Below, piece by piece: positions 31,049-40,986 of a DNA stretch of 64,000 nt. This DNA comes from Candidatus Dadabacteria bacterium (GTDB lineage Bacteria > Desulfobacterota_D > UBA1144 > Nemesobacterales > CSP1-2), in assembly GCA_040289575.1 (NCBI GenBank), contig PSLL01000005.1:21719-85718 (forward strand). The letters are read 5' to 3'. The notes under the pieces were generated by a model. That model was given only the letters and a program-made list of their open reading frames with translations. It did not search any database and was not told the DNA's origin. Each line of letters starts with the position of its first letter. Position 1 is the first letter of the stretch. The position numbers and the translations under genes are program-made.

Positions 31049-32116
31049 TTAATTAGACTTAGATCTTTCTATTAGCCAATCGGCTACTTTGGGCCAGAGG
31101 TCCCTTAGGGCCTTGCTACTTACCGAAAGCCCAATGTGTCCGGTAGGATAGATAATTATATCCTTGTCCTTGCTGGATATTAGGTCATTAAAGACCATAC
31201 TGGATGCCGGAGGTACAAGGTGGTCCTGCTCTGCTATGAGATTTAGGACTGAGCATTTTATATTCTTTAGGTCAACAACCTTTCCGTTGATCCTAAGCCT
31301 GTTTTCTACGAGCAGGTTTTCTTGGTAGCAATACTTGATAAATTCTCTAAAAACCTCACCCGGCACTGGGATATTGTCGTTTATCCATTTCTCCATAGCG
31401 AGAAAGTTTTCAACAAAATCCTCATTTTCAATATTTTCATAAAAACTCACATACTTTGAGATAAGGTTCTGTACAGGCTTCATAAGAAGAAATCCCGTCT
31501 GAAGGAATTCGGGTGGCACATTTCCATGAGCCTCTACAAACTTATCAACATCAAAATTAGGTTTATTGCCCCATAGGTTTAGCATCCCATCAACTTTGAA
31601 ATCAATCCCTGCAGTCATAAGAATCAGATTTTTTACATCTTGCGGGTAAAGTGCCGTATACATAACCGACATCGTTCCGCCCATGCAATATCCCATCAAG
31701 CTTACCCTATCGGAACCAGAAATGGCTTTAACCCTTTGTACCACCTTCTTTATATATCGGTTTATATAGTGGTCGAGGTTGAGATGCTTATCTTCATCAC
31801 CGGGAATCCCCCAATCTATCATGTACACGTCTATTCCCTTTTTAAGGAGCACCTCAACCACACTCTTCCCGGGTTTTAGATCGAGTATATAAGGACGGTT
31901 TACAAGAGCGAATATCATAATGAGGGGAACAGGATAGGTTTTCTCGGTTACAGGATGATAGTGAAGGAGTCTCAGCTTGTTTTCTGTAAAGACGACGTCA
32001 TGCGGAGTTACACCAACCTTGACCTCCGGTGGGTTTGTAGCCAGTTCCACGCCTTTAACAATCTTCCCAGTTATCTTTTCAGCCTCCTCAACTAGAGACT
32101 TCCAGCAGTCTTTCAT
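31049..32116 (-). CDS. phaC: Poly(3-hydroxyalkanoate) synthase catalytic subunit PhaC, class III/IV type
   Basis: 355 aa alpha/beta hydrolase with the lipase-box Cys GYCMGG. The size fits class III/IV PhaC enzymes, which are two-subunit. Confidence 0.85.
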   Translation of the reverse strand: MKDCWKSLVEEAEKITGKIVKGVELATNPPEVKVGVTPHDVVFTENKLRLLHYHPVTEKTYPVPLIMIFALVNRPYILDLKPGKSVVEVLLKKGIDVYMIDWGIPGDEDKHLNLDHYINRYIKKVVQRVKAISGSDRVSLMGYCMGGTMSVMYTALYPQDVKNLILMTAGIDFKVDGMLNLWGNKPNFDVDKFVEAHGNVPPEFLQTGFLLMKPVQNLISKYVSFYENIENEDFVENFLAMEKWINDNIPVPGEVFREFIKYCYQENLLVENRLRINGKVVDLKNIKCSVLNLIAEQDHLVPPASSMVFNDLISSKDKDIIIYPTGHIGLSVSSKALRDLWPKVADWLIERSKSN

Positions 32117-32262
32117 TTATAACCTCCTGATATTTTGTAGACTGAGGGATATATAATATCATCAACATATCTGAATACAATTCTGAACTTGCCGTTTATT
32201 GGATTTCTAATTCTATAACAATAGGCACTGCTATGAATTAGAGACCCGAGGGTTTAAATAAA

Positions 32263-32724
32263 TCACTCGGCGGTGGATTTTTTAGGGGAAGTTTTTGTTA
32301 ACGGCTTTAATTCATCAATCTTATCCCACAGGTCATTTATTTTTGCCTCAATGTTGTTAATGGAGGCTAATACCCTGTCAATATCGCTCTTTGTAGGGAG
32401 GTGCATATTCTTCATGCTCCTCTCCATTACTTCATCAAGGTATTTCTTAAACTCTGAGGATTTTTCAATTGTCTTTCCCATAGTTGCAGCAAAAAGCGGG
32501 CTTTTAAGCCATATCTCCAGAGCCTCAGACATTGTTTTTTCCCATACCTCATAAAACTTTTTGTAATAAGCAACTGGATCAAATCCGGGGGCCTTGTCTC
32601 CCCCCTCACCTGTGCTGAGAAATGGGCTTTTTGCCCACATATCAATCCCCTCAGACATTGTTTTCTCCCAGGCTTCGTAGAACTTTTTATAGAATCCCAT
32701 GTAATCAAACTTTTCTTCGTTCAT
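32263..32724 (-). CDS. PHA synthase PhaE/PhaR-family subunit containing an internal duplicated repeat
   Basis: Two copies of the repeat (FDYMGFYKKFYEAWEKTMSEGIDMWAKSPF and FDPVAYYKKFYEVWEKTMSEALEIWLKSPL). The C-terminal coiled coil is typical of the PhaE/PhaR family. Start moved to MNEEKF. Confidence 0.6.
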   Translation of the reverse strand: MNEEKFDYMGFYKKFYEAWEKTMSEGIDMWAKSPFLSTGEGGDKAPGFDPVAYYKKFYEVWEKTMSEALEIWLKSPLFAATMGKTIEKSSEFKKYLDEVMERSMKNMHLPTKSDIDRVLASINNIEAKINDLWDKIDELKPLTKTSPKKSTAE

Positions 32725-33094
32725 CTCTGCTTTCTCTCCTTGTCTTCGATTTTGCCTTCTTACGCCTCGACGTTGGTTTTTCACCAACCTGAAGCTCATT
32801 GATTTTTTCTGATAACTCGCTTACCTTAGTCTCCAGCATGTCTAAAGACGTCATTAGCTTATCCATATCATTTCTCGTAGGGAAATACCTCTGTTTCAGG
32901 GTCCGCTCCATGATGTCGTATATGTAGTTCTTAAACTCGGCTGATTTTTCAATTGCTTTTTCCGTGGTGCTTGTAAATAGTGGGTTTTTTAACCAAACCT
33001 CAAGTGCCCTGGACATGGATTTTTCCCAGGACTCGTATAATTTCTTAAAGTAACTGAAGTAGTCTAACTCACTCCTTTTTTCACTCACATCCAC
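32705..33094 (-). CDS. PhaE/PhaR-family paralog carrying a single repeat
   Basis: LDYFSYFKKLYESWEKSMSRALEVWLKNPLF matches the repeat of the neighbouring gene. A Lys/Arg-rich tail follows. Confidence 0.55.
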   Translation of the reverse strand: MDVSEKRSELDYFSYFKKLYESWEKSMSRALEVWLKNPLFTSTTEKAIEKSAEFKNYIYDIMERTLKQRYFPTRNDMDKLMTSLDMLETKVSELSEKINELQVGEKPTSRRKKAKSKTRRESRDERRKV

Positions 33095-33213
33095 ACCCCT
33101 TCGGGGAATTCTTAGGAAATTCTAAATCCGCAGACAAATAGAAACCGGATTTATTTATGTACACGCCCCTTTTAGAAGCGTGTACAAATAGTCTACCCGC
33201 TGGGTGTTGGAAT

Positions 33214-33639
33214 TTAAAGAGCCTTTAGGTATTCCTCAAAGACAGAAAAGGTCTTCTCGGCGGTCTTCTGTGAGAGGTTTATTGCTTCCTTTGTAAACCT
33301 CTCCGAAGTACTTCTTGCTAGATTTATATACTCCCTCTGAATTTCGGCTAAACGGTCGAAGTTTCCATAAAGGACCTTTGAATAGCCGCCGTTCCAGAAA
33401 CTGACTACCTCTTTAGGGAGAAACCTCTCAGAAGCGGCTTTTAACTGTTCTGCATACTCCTTCTGAGTGGTAAGGAAGTGATCAATCTGAGCATTTGCAA
33501 GCCTCTGATTCTCTTCCCATATCGAAAGGACAATCTTGAGATTCGAAAGATAATTGTCCTTCACCAAACCGCTAAGACCCTTAAAGACCTCGGTAAAATC
33601 GGCAACCTTTGCCTCTTCCTTCTCTTTTCTCTCTGCCAT
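33214..33639 (-). CDS. Phasin-like or PHA-granule-associated protein (hypothetical)
   Basis: 141 aa, predicted all-helical, co-oriented with the pha genes. Assigned by context only. Confidence 0.35.
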   Translation of the reverse strand: MAERKEKEEAKVADFTEVFKGLSGLVKDNYLSNLKIVLSIWEENQRLANAQIDHFLTTQKEYAEQLKAASERFLPKEVVSFWNGGYSKVLYGNFDRLAEIQREYINLARSTSERFTKEAINLSQKTAEKTFSVFEEYLKAL

Positions 33640-33878
33640 GATAAATCCCCTCCTATATAATTTTTGTTTTATTTACATTTAAATATAATGCCAACAGTAA
33701 GCTCTGTCAAGAGTCCATTTCGCAAATGCGAAAAATAGTTATTAAAATTTTCTAATAAATACAATAAGTTGTGAGAATACAATTTTTATTGTGTGGCGTT
33801 AGCTAAAAAACGGCTTCGGTTTCAATTTCCGCTAGAGAAGACCTCGGGTTCTGTTAGGGTCTTTCTCTACCACTGTTT

Positions 33879-34208
33879 TTAATACGACCAGCAGAGCTTT
33901 GAGATCTCTTTCCAGTCCCCTTTATGGACATGGACACAGAAGCTCTCTCCTAAGTTGGTTTTTCCTTTTGCAATTACGTCGCTTGCAATATCTTCTGCCT
34001 TATTCTTATCCGCTCCTGGGGCCTGAACCCATAGGTCTACGTGGGATTTCCACTTTGCGTCTTCAACACCGGATACTGTGCCTTTAAGCGATTCGGCAAA
34101 CCGAGACTGTAGTTTTGTAGGTGTGAAATCATCGGCGCCAAAACCTATCTTATAGAAAGCGGTAACAGATATTATCAAGATTGCTGTCTTTATAAATGAG
34201 CGTATCAT
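33879..34208 (-). CDS. Small secreted hypothetical protein
   Basis: Signal peptide present. Its stop overlaps lolA by 4 nt. Confidence 0.5.
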   Translation of the reverse strand: MIRSFIKTAILIISVTAFYKIGFGADDFTPTKLQSRFAESLKGTVSGVEDAKWKSHVDLWVQAPGADKNKAEDIASDVIAKGKTNLGESFCVHVHKGDWKEISKLCWSY

Positions 34209-34918
34209 TTGTTTTCCTCCTTGATTATTGATTTAGGAGAGTTAAAGGTTTCTATGATCTCTGTTCCCTTTGGTACTTTAAACTTAAAGAGTGAGTCGGG
34301 AATTCCCCTATTGATTTCCATATTCTCCAGTCTAACCTTGGTTACATTCCCATATGGATCATAAAGATATATGTCTTTTACAAACATGGTTTTTCTATCA
34401 ACTGCTATTGTTACCATGTCGTATTGCTCATCGCTTTTTTTGGGGGTCAGATCAATTAAGTAGTTTCCATTCTCATCAGTAGATTTGGATTTAGAGAATT
34501 GAGCATTAAATTGTTCTTTCAGATTTCCAAGTCCCAAGAGAAACGTATTCGTCGTATGCGTATCTATGACCTTTTCAAGTAGAGATTTGACGACCTGCTT
34601 TTCATCATAGTTATAGAGCCATATTGTGCTTCCGTCAGATACTATTTGATCTTTAGTGGGTTTGTAGTAGTTCCATCTCATCTTTCCTGGTTTTTTAAAC
34701 CAGACCTCACCCCGTGCTTTTTGAACCTTATTTAGTACTTTTACAGTTGCTTCCTGAATGAATTTCGAATGAAAGTCCTCTATCTTCTCGTATTTAGACT
34801 GAACCTCGTCTAGTATTTCATCGAGTTTTTTATCCGACTTTCCCTGACCCCGAACTGCAACCGAGAGGGATAGTAAAAGAAAAAGGATGAAACTAAAAAT
34901 TATGTATAGTTTTCTCAA
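34205..34918 (-). CDS. lolA: Outer-membrane lipoprotein carrier protein LolA-like
   Basis: Signal peptide, about 237 aa, a LolA-like beta-barrel sequence pattern, and the conserved ftsK-lolA adjacency. Confidence 0.7.
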   Translation of the reverse strand: MRKLYIIFSFILFLLLSLSVAVRGQGKSDKKLDEILDEVQSKYEKIEDFHSKFIQEATVKVLNKVQKARGEVWFKKPGKMRWNYYKPTKDQIVSDGSTIWLYNYDEKQVVKSLLEKVIDTHTTNTFLLGLGNLKEQFNAQFSKSKSTDENGNYLIDLTPKKSDEQYDMVTIAVDRKTMFVKDIYLYDPYGNVTKVRLENMEINRGIPDSLFKFKVPKGTEIIETFNSPKSIIKEENK

Positions 34919-37161
34919 TTCCTTTGCCTCTGATTTACTTGATCTAAATTTATAAAGACCTCTCTTGGTTTTCCTGCAACCTCCTGAGGGCCTACAATGC
35001 CTTCCTTTTCCATAATCTCGATAATCCGTGCGGCTCTATTATAGCCGATCTTGAGCTTTCTCTGAATCATTGATATTGACGCCTGGCGTGTTTCCGCAAC
35101 TATTCTGAGTGCTTCATAGTAAAGCTCGTCTTTTTCCCCTTCAATGTCTTTGGGACTATCAGTTTCTTCTATCTTTGTAATATCCTGATTGTACTGAGGT
35201 GTGCCTTGAGCCTTTAAAAACTCCGTGATTCTCTCCCTTTCTTCATCCGATATTAAGGCACCCTGTATTCTTATCAGCTTCGACGTTCCGGGCTGAAGGA
35301 ATAGCATATCTCCCCTTCCGAGGAGTTGCTCTGCGCCGGTTGTATCGAGGATTATACGGGAATCAATTCGAGATGAGACGAGAAATGAAATCCTTGCGGG
35401 AAAGTTGGCTTTAATCAGTCCTGCAACCACGTCTACGGATGGCCTCTGTGTGGCGACTATCAGATGAATCCCAGATGCACGGGCCATCTGTGAGAGTCTT
35501 GTAATCGACTCTTCAACCTCACGAGGAGCAACCATCATTAAATCTGCAAGCTCATCTATTACTATCACTATATATGGAAGCCACTTCTGCCACTTGTCTT
35601 GAGATTCCAGTTTTTCAATACTCCTGTTATAGCTCTCTATATCTCTTACGCCCTCTTCAGACATGAGTCTGTATCTTTCTTCCATTTCTCTTACCGCCCA
35701 CCTGAGTGCCGCCGCTGATTCTTTAGGGTTTATAACCACAGGATGAAGCAGGTGAGGGATATCCTCGTATATCGAAAGCTCAAGCATCTTGGGATCAATC
35801 ATGATGAATTTCAGCTCATAAGGGCTTGCTTTATAAAGCATACTTGCTATAACGGAATGAAGAAGAACGCTTTTGCCTGAGCCGGTAGTGCCTGCAATCA
35901 TAAGGTGGGGTGCCTTTCTCAAATCCATATAGAAGGGTTTTCCAGAGATGTCCTTTCCTAGAGCAAGTGTAAGGATTGATTTGCTGTTATTAAACTCCCT
36001 ATCTTCAAGTAGTTCTCTAAGCACAACTATTTCTCTTCTTGGATTTGGAACCTCAATTCCAATAACGTCTTTTCCGGGAATGGGGGCAATTATCCTCACA
36101 CTAAGAGCGCTAAGCCCCATTGCGAGATCGCCAGTGAGGGAAGCGATTTTATTAATCTTTATTCCGGGAGCAGGCTTGTATTCAAACATTGTAATTACGG
36201 GGCCCGGCCTGATTTCTGTAATCTTTCCTGAAACCCCGAAATCGGAGAGCTTCTCCTCAATCAGTTTTGCCTTTTCATACGCGGCATCTTTATCGAACTT
36301 GATTTCAGAGTCCTTTTTGGGGTCAAGCAGATCAATTGGGGGAAGTCTAAAATTTGTCCGTCTAACTGTCTTAGGCGCAGATTTCTCTGGTGATTTCTCT
36401 CTAGGCTCCTCAACTATAATCTGTGGGAGATTTGTATCCTTAAACTCGGGTTTGGATGGCGGCTCTTCTCTATCAGTGGTCGGTGCGGGTCTTTCCTCTT
36501 TTTGCGTTGGCATCTGCCTAACCTGAATCGCTGGCTTTGAGAAGAGATCATATAAGCCTTCGATTATCCTTTCCCCTTGGCGAAGTGTTAAATTCCATGC
36601 GAAGTTGATTCCATCTGTAACAAACACAAGAACCTTCCCCGTCTCGCTTATAATCTGAGATAGAGTAACGTTCGACATTATTATTAAACTTATGAGTAGA
36701 AAAATAGTTACAATTATGTAAGAGCCAATTGCGCCTGCAATCCCGCTAAGTATATTAGAGAGAAAACTTCCAAGCCATCCGCCTGCTGGCTTGTACCCGA
36801 GGAATTCTTTTTTTCTAAAAATCAGTCCAAGAATCGTAGTTGAGGCAAACAGAAAGATAAAGGCCGAGAGTGCTCTTTGATAGAGCCTACTTCCCGCTCT
36901 GTTTGTGAAAACCACAGCAGCGGTATAGAACATGACAATTGGAATTATAAAGGAGCAAAGTCCGAATGTATTTCCGAGTATATCGGATATAAAAACCCCG
37001 ATTGTTCCCATAGCACCCCTTACGCTAAGCCCGGACTTGGAACTATAAAACAGAAGACTGAGGGAAGAAAATACCCCAATAGTGAATAATACTGAAGCAA
37101 TTATCTCTCTTGGTACATAATCCGAAGATTCTTCTCTTAGACGGCTTTTTCTTTTAGGCAT
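34915..37161 (-). CDS. ftsK: DNA translocase FtsK
   Basis: N-terminal TM domain, a proline-rich linker, a Walker A motif (GTTGSGKS) and a C-terminal gamma winged-helix domain. Confidence 0.9.
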   Translation of the reverse strand: MPKRKSRLREESSDYVPREIIASVLFTIGVFSSLSLLFYSSKSGLSVRGAMGTIGVFISDILGNTFGLCSFIIPIVMFYTAAVVFTNRAGSRLYQRALSAFIFLFASTTILGLIFRKKEFLGYKPAGGWLGSFLSNILSGIAGAIGSYIIVTIFLLISLIIMSNVTLSQIISETGKVLVFVTDGINFAWNLTLRQGERIIEGLYDLFSKPAIQVRQMPTQKEERPAPTTDREEPPSKPEFKDTNLPQIIVEEPREKSPEKSAPKTVRRTNFRLPPIDLLDPKKDSEIKFDKDAAYEKAKLIEEKLSDFGVSGKITEIRPGPVITMFEYKPAPGIKINKIASLTGDLAMGLSALSVRIIAPIPGKDVIGIEVPNPRREIVVLRELLEDREFNNSKSILTLALGKDISGKPFYMDLRKAPHLMIAGTTGSGKSVLLHSVIASMLYKASPYELKFIMIDPKMLELSIYEDIPHLLHPVVINPKESAAALRWAVREMEERYRLMSEEGVRDIESYNRSIEKLESQDKWQKWLPYIVIVIDELADLMMVAPREVEESITRLSQMARASGIHLIVATQRPSVDVVAGLIKANFPARISFLVSSRIDSRIILDTTGAEQLLGRGDMLFLQPGTSKLIRIQGALISDEERERITEFLKAQGTPQYNQDITKIEETDSPKDIEGEKDELYYEALRIVAETRQASISMIQRKLKIGYNRAARIIEIMEKEGIVGPQEVAGKPREVFINLDQVNQRQRN

Positions 37162-37285
37162 TTCTACCTAATTTTAATGGTCTTATACATAAAAATTCTA
37201 CAAATCACTAGACTAATATAGTAAATGGCGTTTATCAAAAAATAGCGGAGTTGGGCGGAGTTGTCAAATTGATTTCAAAATTCAG

Positions 37286-38344
37286 CTACCTCCTGTCAGC
37301 ACCCATGGCCTCACCTATGTGGTGACATCCATCTTTATCTAGTAGTTCAAGTATCTCTTCATTCATTTTCCTGACTACAGACGGGCCGTGGAATATAAGC
37401 GCCGTATAGATTTGAACTAAAGATGCTCCGGCTTTGATTCTTCTATAAGCCTCGGCTCCTGAATCTATACCGCCGACGCTAATCAGTAGGGTTTTCCCAT
37501 AGAGCTTCTTAGCAATTGCATCAAAGACATCAAAGCTCTTATCTCGGATAGCCTTCCCGCTTATTCCACCGATTCTTTTGGCGTTTGGAAGGAGCGTATA
37601 ATCTACGCTTGTGTTTGTAGCAATTATCCCGGATACACCGTTTTCGACGGCGGCTGTGCATAAATCAACGGTTTTAGAAGCCTCCATATCAGGGGAAATT
37701 TTTATTAAGATGGGCTTTTGAGTTATCTCTTTTGCCTTGTTAAGAAGCGTTTTTATAAAGACCTCGTTTTGGAGGTCCCTTAAACCGGGGGTGTTAGGAG
37801 AAGATATATTTATGGCCATATAATCGCATAAGTCCTTAAACCCCTGGATTAGATTCAAATAATCTTCTATTGCCTTTTCATGAGGGGTCGTTTTATTTTT
37901 CCCTATGTTTATGCCAATAGGTAGGACAAAGGGGTAGATTTTGCGGAGTCTTTCTCGTATTGCCGGCATCCCGTCATTATTAAAACCCATTGCGTTCTCT
38001 AGGCTTTCCTGTTCAGGGAATCTAAAGAGCCTCGGCTTCTGGTTTCCCTCTTGAGGCTTTGGCGTCACGGTTCCCACTTCTATAAAACCGAACCCAAGGG
38101 CGGTCATTCCCTCAATCATAGTCCCGTTTTTATCAAAACCCGCAGCTAACCCCACAGGGTTCAAGAAATCTCTACCAAAGATATTTTGCTTTAGCCTATC
38201 GCTTACAATGAAGTTTTTTTTCTTCATAAGGTTCAAGCAAATAGGCAAATGCTTTGCGGTTCTTAAACCCAACTCCGCCATTTTATGTGCAGATTCCGGA
38301 TCTAATTTGAAAAGGTATTTTTTTAGGATTGGGTAATCAAACAT
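37286..38344 (-). CDS. pyrD: Dihydroorotate dehydrogenase (quinone), class 2
   Basis: The N-terminus LFKLDPESAHKMA aligns with the class 2 PyrD membrane-association helix. NPVGLAAGFDKNG is present. Start moved to MFDYP. Confidence 0.9.
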   Translation of the reverse strand: MFDYPILKKYLFKLDPESAHKMAELGLRTAKHLPICLNLMKKKNFIVSDRLKQNIFGRDFLNPVGLAAGFDKNGTMIEGMTALGFGFIEVGTVTPKPQEGNQKPRLFRFPEQESLENAMGFNNDGMPAIRERLRKIYPFVLPIGINIGKNKTTPHEKAIEDYLNLIQGFKDLCDYMAINISSPNTPGLRDLQNEVFIKTLLNKAKEITQKPILIKISPDMEASKTVDLCTAAVENGVSGIIATNTSVDYTLLPNAKRIGGISGKAIRDKSFDVFDAIAKKLYGKTLLISVGGIDSGAEAYRRIKAGASLVQIYTALIFHGPSVVRKMNEEILELLDKDGCHHIGEAMGADRR

Positions 38345-38361
38345 TATGTACCAGTAGCTGT

Positions 38362-39300
38362 TCAACCGTTGTCATCATTATTACATAATTTATGGACAGC
38401 TAAAGTATAAGCGGAGACATAAGTTGAACCCTCGTCAGGTTCACCAAACCCAAGGTAACGAACAACATCCTCAATTATTGAAGTTATATACCCGATAGCT
38501 AAACATCCGACATGATAGATTAATGGGGAAAAGTTTGGTACTAAAGAAATTACATTTCTAGTCGAAACCATATTCAGAAGACTAGCAGAGTTATGGACAG
38601 GTATTGACAATGTCCCGTAAACTTTGACGTAGTCAGAACCTAAGTCAAGTTTATCAGCGATGAAGGCAATACTTGGATTTCTTTGATCTTTAGTTTCATT
38701 CTTAAAAATCTTCCATGCCCAGTGATGTGATAGATTAGGATGATAATTAGATTTTACTAATGAGTATTTTTCTTCTATCTCTTTGACTAAGCTAGGCGTA
38801 AAGGTTTTATCAAAAGTATCTTTGGAGAGTTTACTATTCTTAAGAAGTTTCTTGTTGGCTTGGAGATTGTTCCATTGTTCAACGAAACGAAATTCATCAA
38901 ATAGCTTTAGTCGTTCCTCAATGTCATTCTTTAAAATAAGCTTGACGTTGAAGTAGGTTTCAAATAATGAGCGTAGCAAGATAGCACCCTCCGTGACGAG
39001 TCCATTTTGGAGGCAGTTATATATTCCAAACAGTGCTAAGGGGGATTTTGCATATAAAATTTTCAGGGAAGTGTATTTCTCGTCATTAGGAAATAGATTA
39101 GAATCTACCAAATATGAGCAAAAAAGGTAAAAATGAAATAATCCATTTAAAAATGGTTGAGAAGACCGTCGCTGGTTTCCAAGACAATTCTGAAAGCCCG
39201 AGATTATCTTGTTTGCATAGTCTTGTAAGGCTCTATCGTACCTCTTTAGAATTTCCTTGTCATTCAATGGAGGTAATCTACCTCCTAGCATATGGCGCAT
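38362..39300 (-). CDS. AT-rich orphan hypothetical protein, a candidate abortive-infection or defense gene
   Basis: 312-aa ORF at about 36% GC against about 45% in the flanking genes. No recognizable motifs. Lies in the tRNA-Gln-adjacent islet next to a PIN-like pair. Confidence 0.55.
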   Translation of the reverse strand: MRHMLGGRLPPLNDKEILKRYDRALQDYANKIISGFQNCLGNQRRSSQPFLNGLFHFYLFCSYLVDSNLFPNDEKYTSLKILYAKSPLALFGIYNCLQNGLVTEGAILLRSLFETYFNVKLILKNDIEERLKLFDEFRFVEQWNNLQANKKLLKNSKLSKDTFDKTFTPSLVKEIEEKYSLVKSNYHPNLSHHWAWKIFKNETKDQRNPSIAFIADKLDLGSDYVKVYGTLSIPVHNSASLLNMVSTRNVISLVPNFSPLIYHVGCLAIGYITSIIEDVVRYLGFGEPDEGSTYVSAYTLAVHKLCNNDDNG

Positions 39301-39322
39301 AAGTCGTTCACAAACAGTTCAT

Positions 39323-39532
39323 TTATTCTGCCTTTCGCCTGTCTTTTATTTCTTCTACAATAGCCTTAATATCTATATCTTTTAGCCAAAGCTCTCTTTC
39401 CTTGGTATAGTCTCCTACCCCGGTCTCAAACTGCTGAAGAAAACGCACCATTCCTATAGGTCTCGGAGCCTTGGCTAGAGCCTCAAGACCTAGTTTCCGT
39501 ATGGTGCTAGGATTTAATGTTTCAATACTCAT
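39323..39532 (-). CDS. Small hypothetical protein, possibly a partner of the PIN-like protein
   Basis: 69-aa ORF sitting 3 nt downstream of the PIN-like gene. Confidence 0.4.
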   Translation of the reverse strand: MSIETLNPSTIRKLGLEALAKAPRPIGMVRFLQQFETGVGDYTKERELWLKDIDIKAIVEEIKDRRKAE

Positions 39533-39535
39533 TTT

Positions 39536-39925
39536 TCAATCTCCCCTCACAGTGTTTTCTAATCTTACCTTTAAAACTCCTTTGTTCTGTGAAGCCTTAC
39601 GTAATAAACCGTTGTCTGTAGTTAATAAAACATCTGCCCCACCTTTTTCCGCACAAGCAACATGCGGAGCATCAAAGGGTTTAAACCCTAATTCTGCGAG
39701 TTCTGCCGCTCGCTTCTCTATATTATCATCGATGGTGATATGAGACCGCGGCATTGAAGATAAAAGCCTAACCTTCTGTCTCCTATCATCATCGGGCATT
39801 TTAGAAGTCTCAATATCAATCACCTCACTGCCTAGCAAAATCCAAACTTTAAGTTTGACTATGACTAAGAATAGTAAGAACTGCCTCTGATTCAAGGCGC
39901 ACTCTATCTTGAGTGTGATCATCAA
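39536..39925 (-). CDS. PIN-domain-like (VapC-like) protein
   Basis: C-terminal ...[25 protein letters not shown]... resembles the PIN core (DA.H.A.A......ll.T.D). Placement of the N-terminal acidic residues is uncertain. Confidence 0.45.
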   Translation of the reverse strand: MMITLKIECALNQRQFLLFLVIVKLKVWILLGSEVIDIETSKMPDDDRRQKVRLLSSMPRSHITIDDNIEKRAAELAELGFKPFDAPHVACAEKGGADVLLTTDNGLLRKASQNKGVLKVRLENTVRGD

Positions 39926-40102
39926 ACGGTCTGTTTAGACAGCAAACATCGAGATAAATTATCATAGAATACACAAATTATCTTATCATATACTAATACC
40001 TTCGTCCTCTCTTATGAAAAAAGAGTAAAATTCTCAGAAATCACAAAGGACGGCTTGGAGAGTCACAATGGCAGAGGAGGCTTTAGGATCAAAAATGAAA
40101 AC

Positions 40103-40176
40103 TGGCTGGGGGACTAGGATTCGAACCTAGATTAATGGGTCCAGAGCCCATCGTCCTGCCATTAGACGATCCCCCA
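40103..40176 (-). tRNA. tRNA-Gln(CUG)
   Basis: Manual cloverleaf on the minus strand: acceptor UGGGGGA/UCCCCCA, discriminator G, CCA encoded, anticodon loop CUCUGGA, T-loop UUCGAAU. Close to E. coli tRNA-Gln. Confidence 0.85.
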
Positions 40177-40300
40177 GCATGGATTACTTTTAGTATTGAT
40201 AATAATCCTCATAGAGTCAAGTTCCCCTCTTTCCTAAATGGAATCTATTTGATAGAATGATTTTAGATAAAGCTGATATGTTGGGGGGGGGTGACATTAA

Positions 40301-40480
40301 ATGCCTGCGATAGTTATGACTGTAAAGGCTCGAACAAAAGATGAGCTTAAAAAGAGGGCTGAGGAGAAGATCAGGGAGGCTGCAAAAAAGGGTTTTCAGT
40401 ATGTGAGACAGGGCTATAATGATAACAGGGTAAAGAAAGTAAAGGGGGGTTACGAAATCGAGTTGTGGGTGCATTATTAG
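40301..40480 (+). CDS. Possible 59-aa small protein upstream of queF
   Basis: [64 protein letters not shown]-rich Shine-Dalgarno (GGGGGGGGTGA) precedes the ATG, and the codon usage is clean. Confidence 0.35.
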   Translation: MPAIVMTVKARTKDELKKRAEEKIREAAKKGFQYVRQGYNDNRVKKVKGGYEIELWVHY

Positions 40481-40496
40481 GAGTAAAATTCTACAT

Positions 40497-40847
40497 ATGG
40501 CAAAGGTAAATTTAGAGACATTTAAGAATCAGTACCGGGGTAGAGAATACGAGATCGAAATAACCTGCCCCGAGTTTACATGCTTGTGTCCGAGGACCGG
40601 ACAACCCGATTTCGCCTTAATAAAGATTAAATACGTGCCCGACGAGCTCTGCATAGAACTAAAGTCCCTTAAGCTCTATATGTTCTCATATCGAAACTTG
40701 GGGGAATTCCACGAGCACGTAACAAATAGAATTCTCGATGATATAGTCGAGGCGTGTAGGCCGATAAGGGCCGAAGTAATAGGGGATTTCAACATAAGGG
40801 GCGGTATTAAAACGGTTGTGAGAGCGGTTTATCCTGATAAGAAATAA
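40497..40847 (+). CDS. queF: NADPH-dependent 7-cyano-7-deazaguanine reductase (type I QueF)
   Basis: The catalytic Cys motif [20 protein letters not shown], at the 116-aa size of type I QueF. Confidence 0.9.
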   Translation: MAKVNLETFKNQYRGREYEIEITCPEFTCLCPRTGQPDFALIKIKYVPDELCIELKSLKLYMFSYRNLGEFHEHVTNRILDDIVEACRPIRAEVIGDFNIRGGIKTVVRAVYPDKK

Positions 40848-40986
40848 AGGAAAATAATATTGGCTGTAAATTAGGAAATATAGTTTTTCAGTCATCAGGG
40901 GGGGCAACAGCTAACAGTGGGGATAGACTGAAATCTCATTGACTTATTGATTTATTCTATTTTGGGAATTAATTTTTCTGAGAAAG

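Noticed and set aside
35948-36526. Plus-strand 192-aa ORF inside ftsK and similar antisense ORFs (26832..27449, 3482..3862, 16759..17109, 21714..22193, 7372..7940)
   Set aside because: Antisense to strongly supported genes, Ser/Leu/Pro-rich translations typical of shadow frames, and no ribosome-binding sites.
39536-39925. Confident VapC call with a defined VapB antitoxin
   Set aside because: Only the C-terminal half shows the PIN signature. The N-terminal acidic residues are not clearly placed, and the downstream 69-aa gene is in the atypical position of toxin first. Kept as low-confidence PIN-like.
40217-40474. Minus-strand 85-aa ORF next to tRNA-Gln
   Set aside because: It overlaps a plus-strand small ORF that has a far better ribosome-binding site and composition. 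Its translation is low-complexity.
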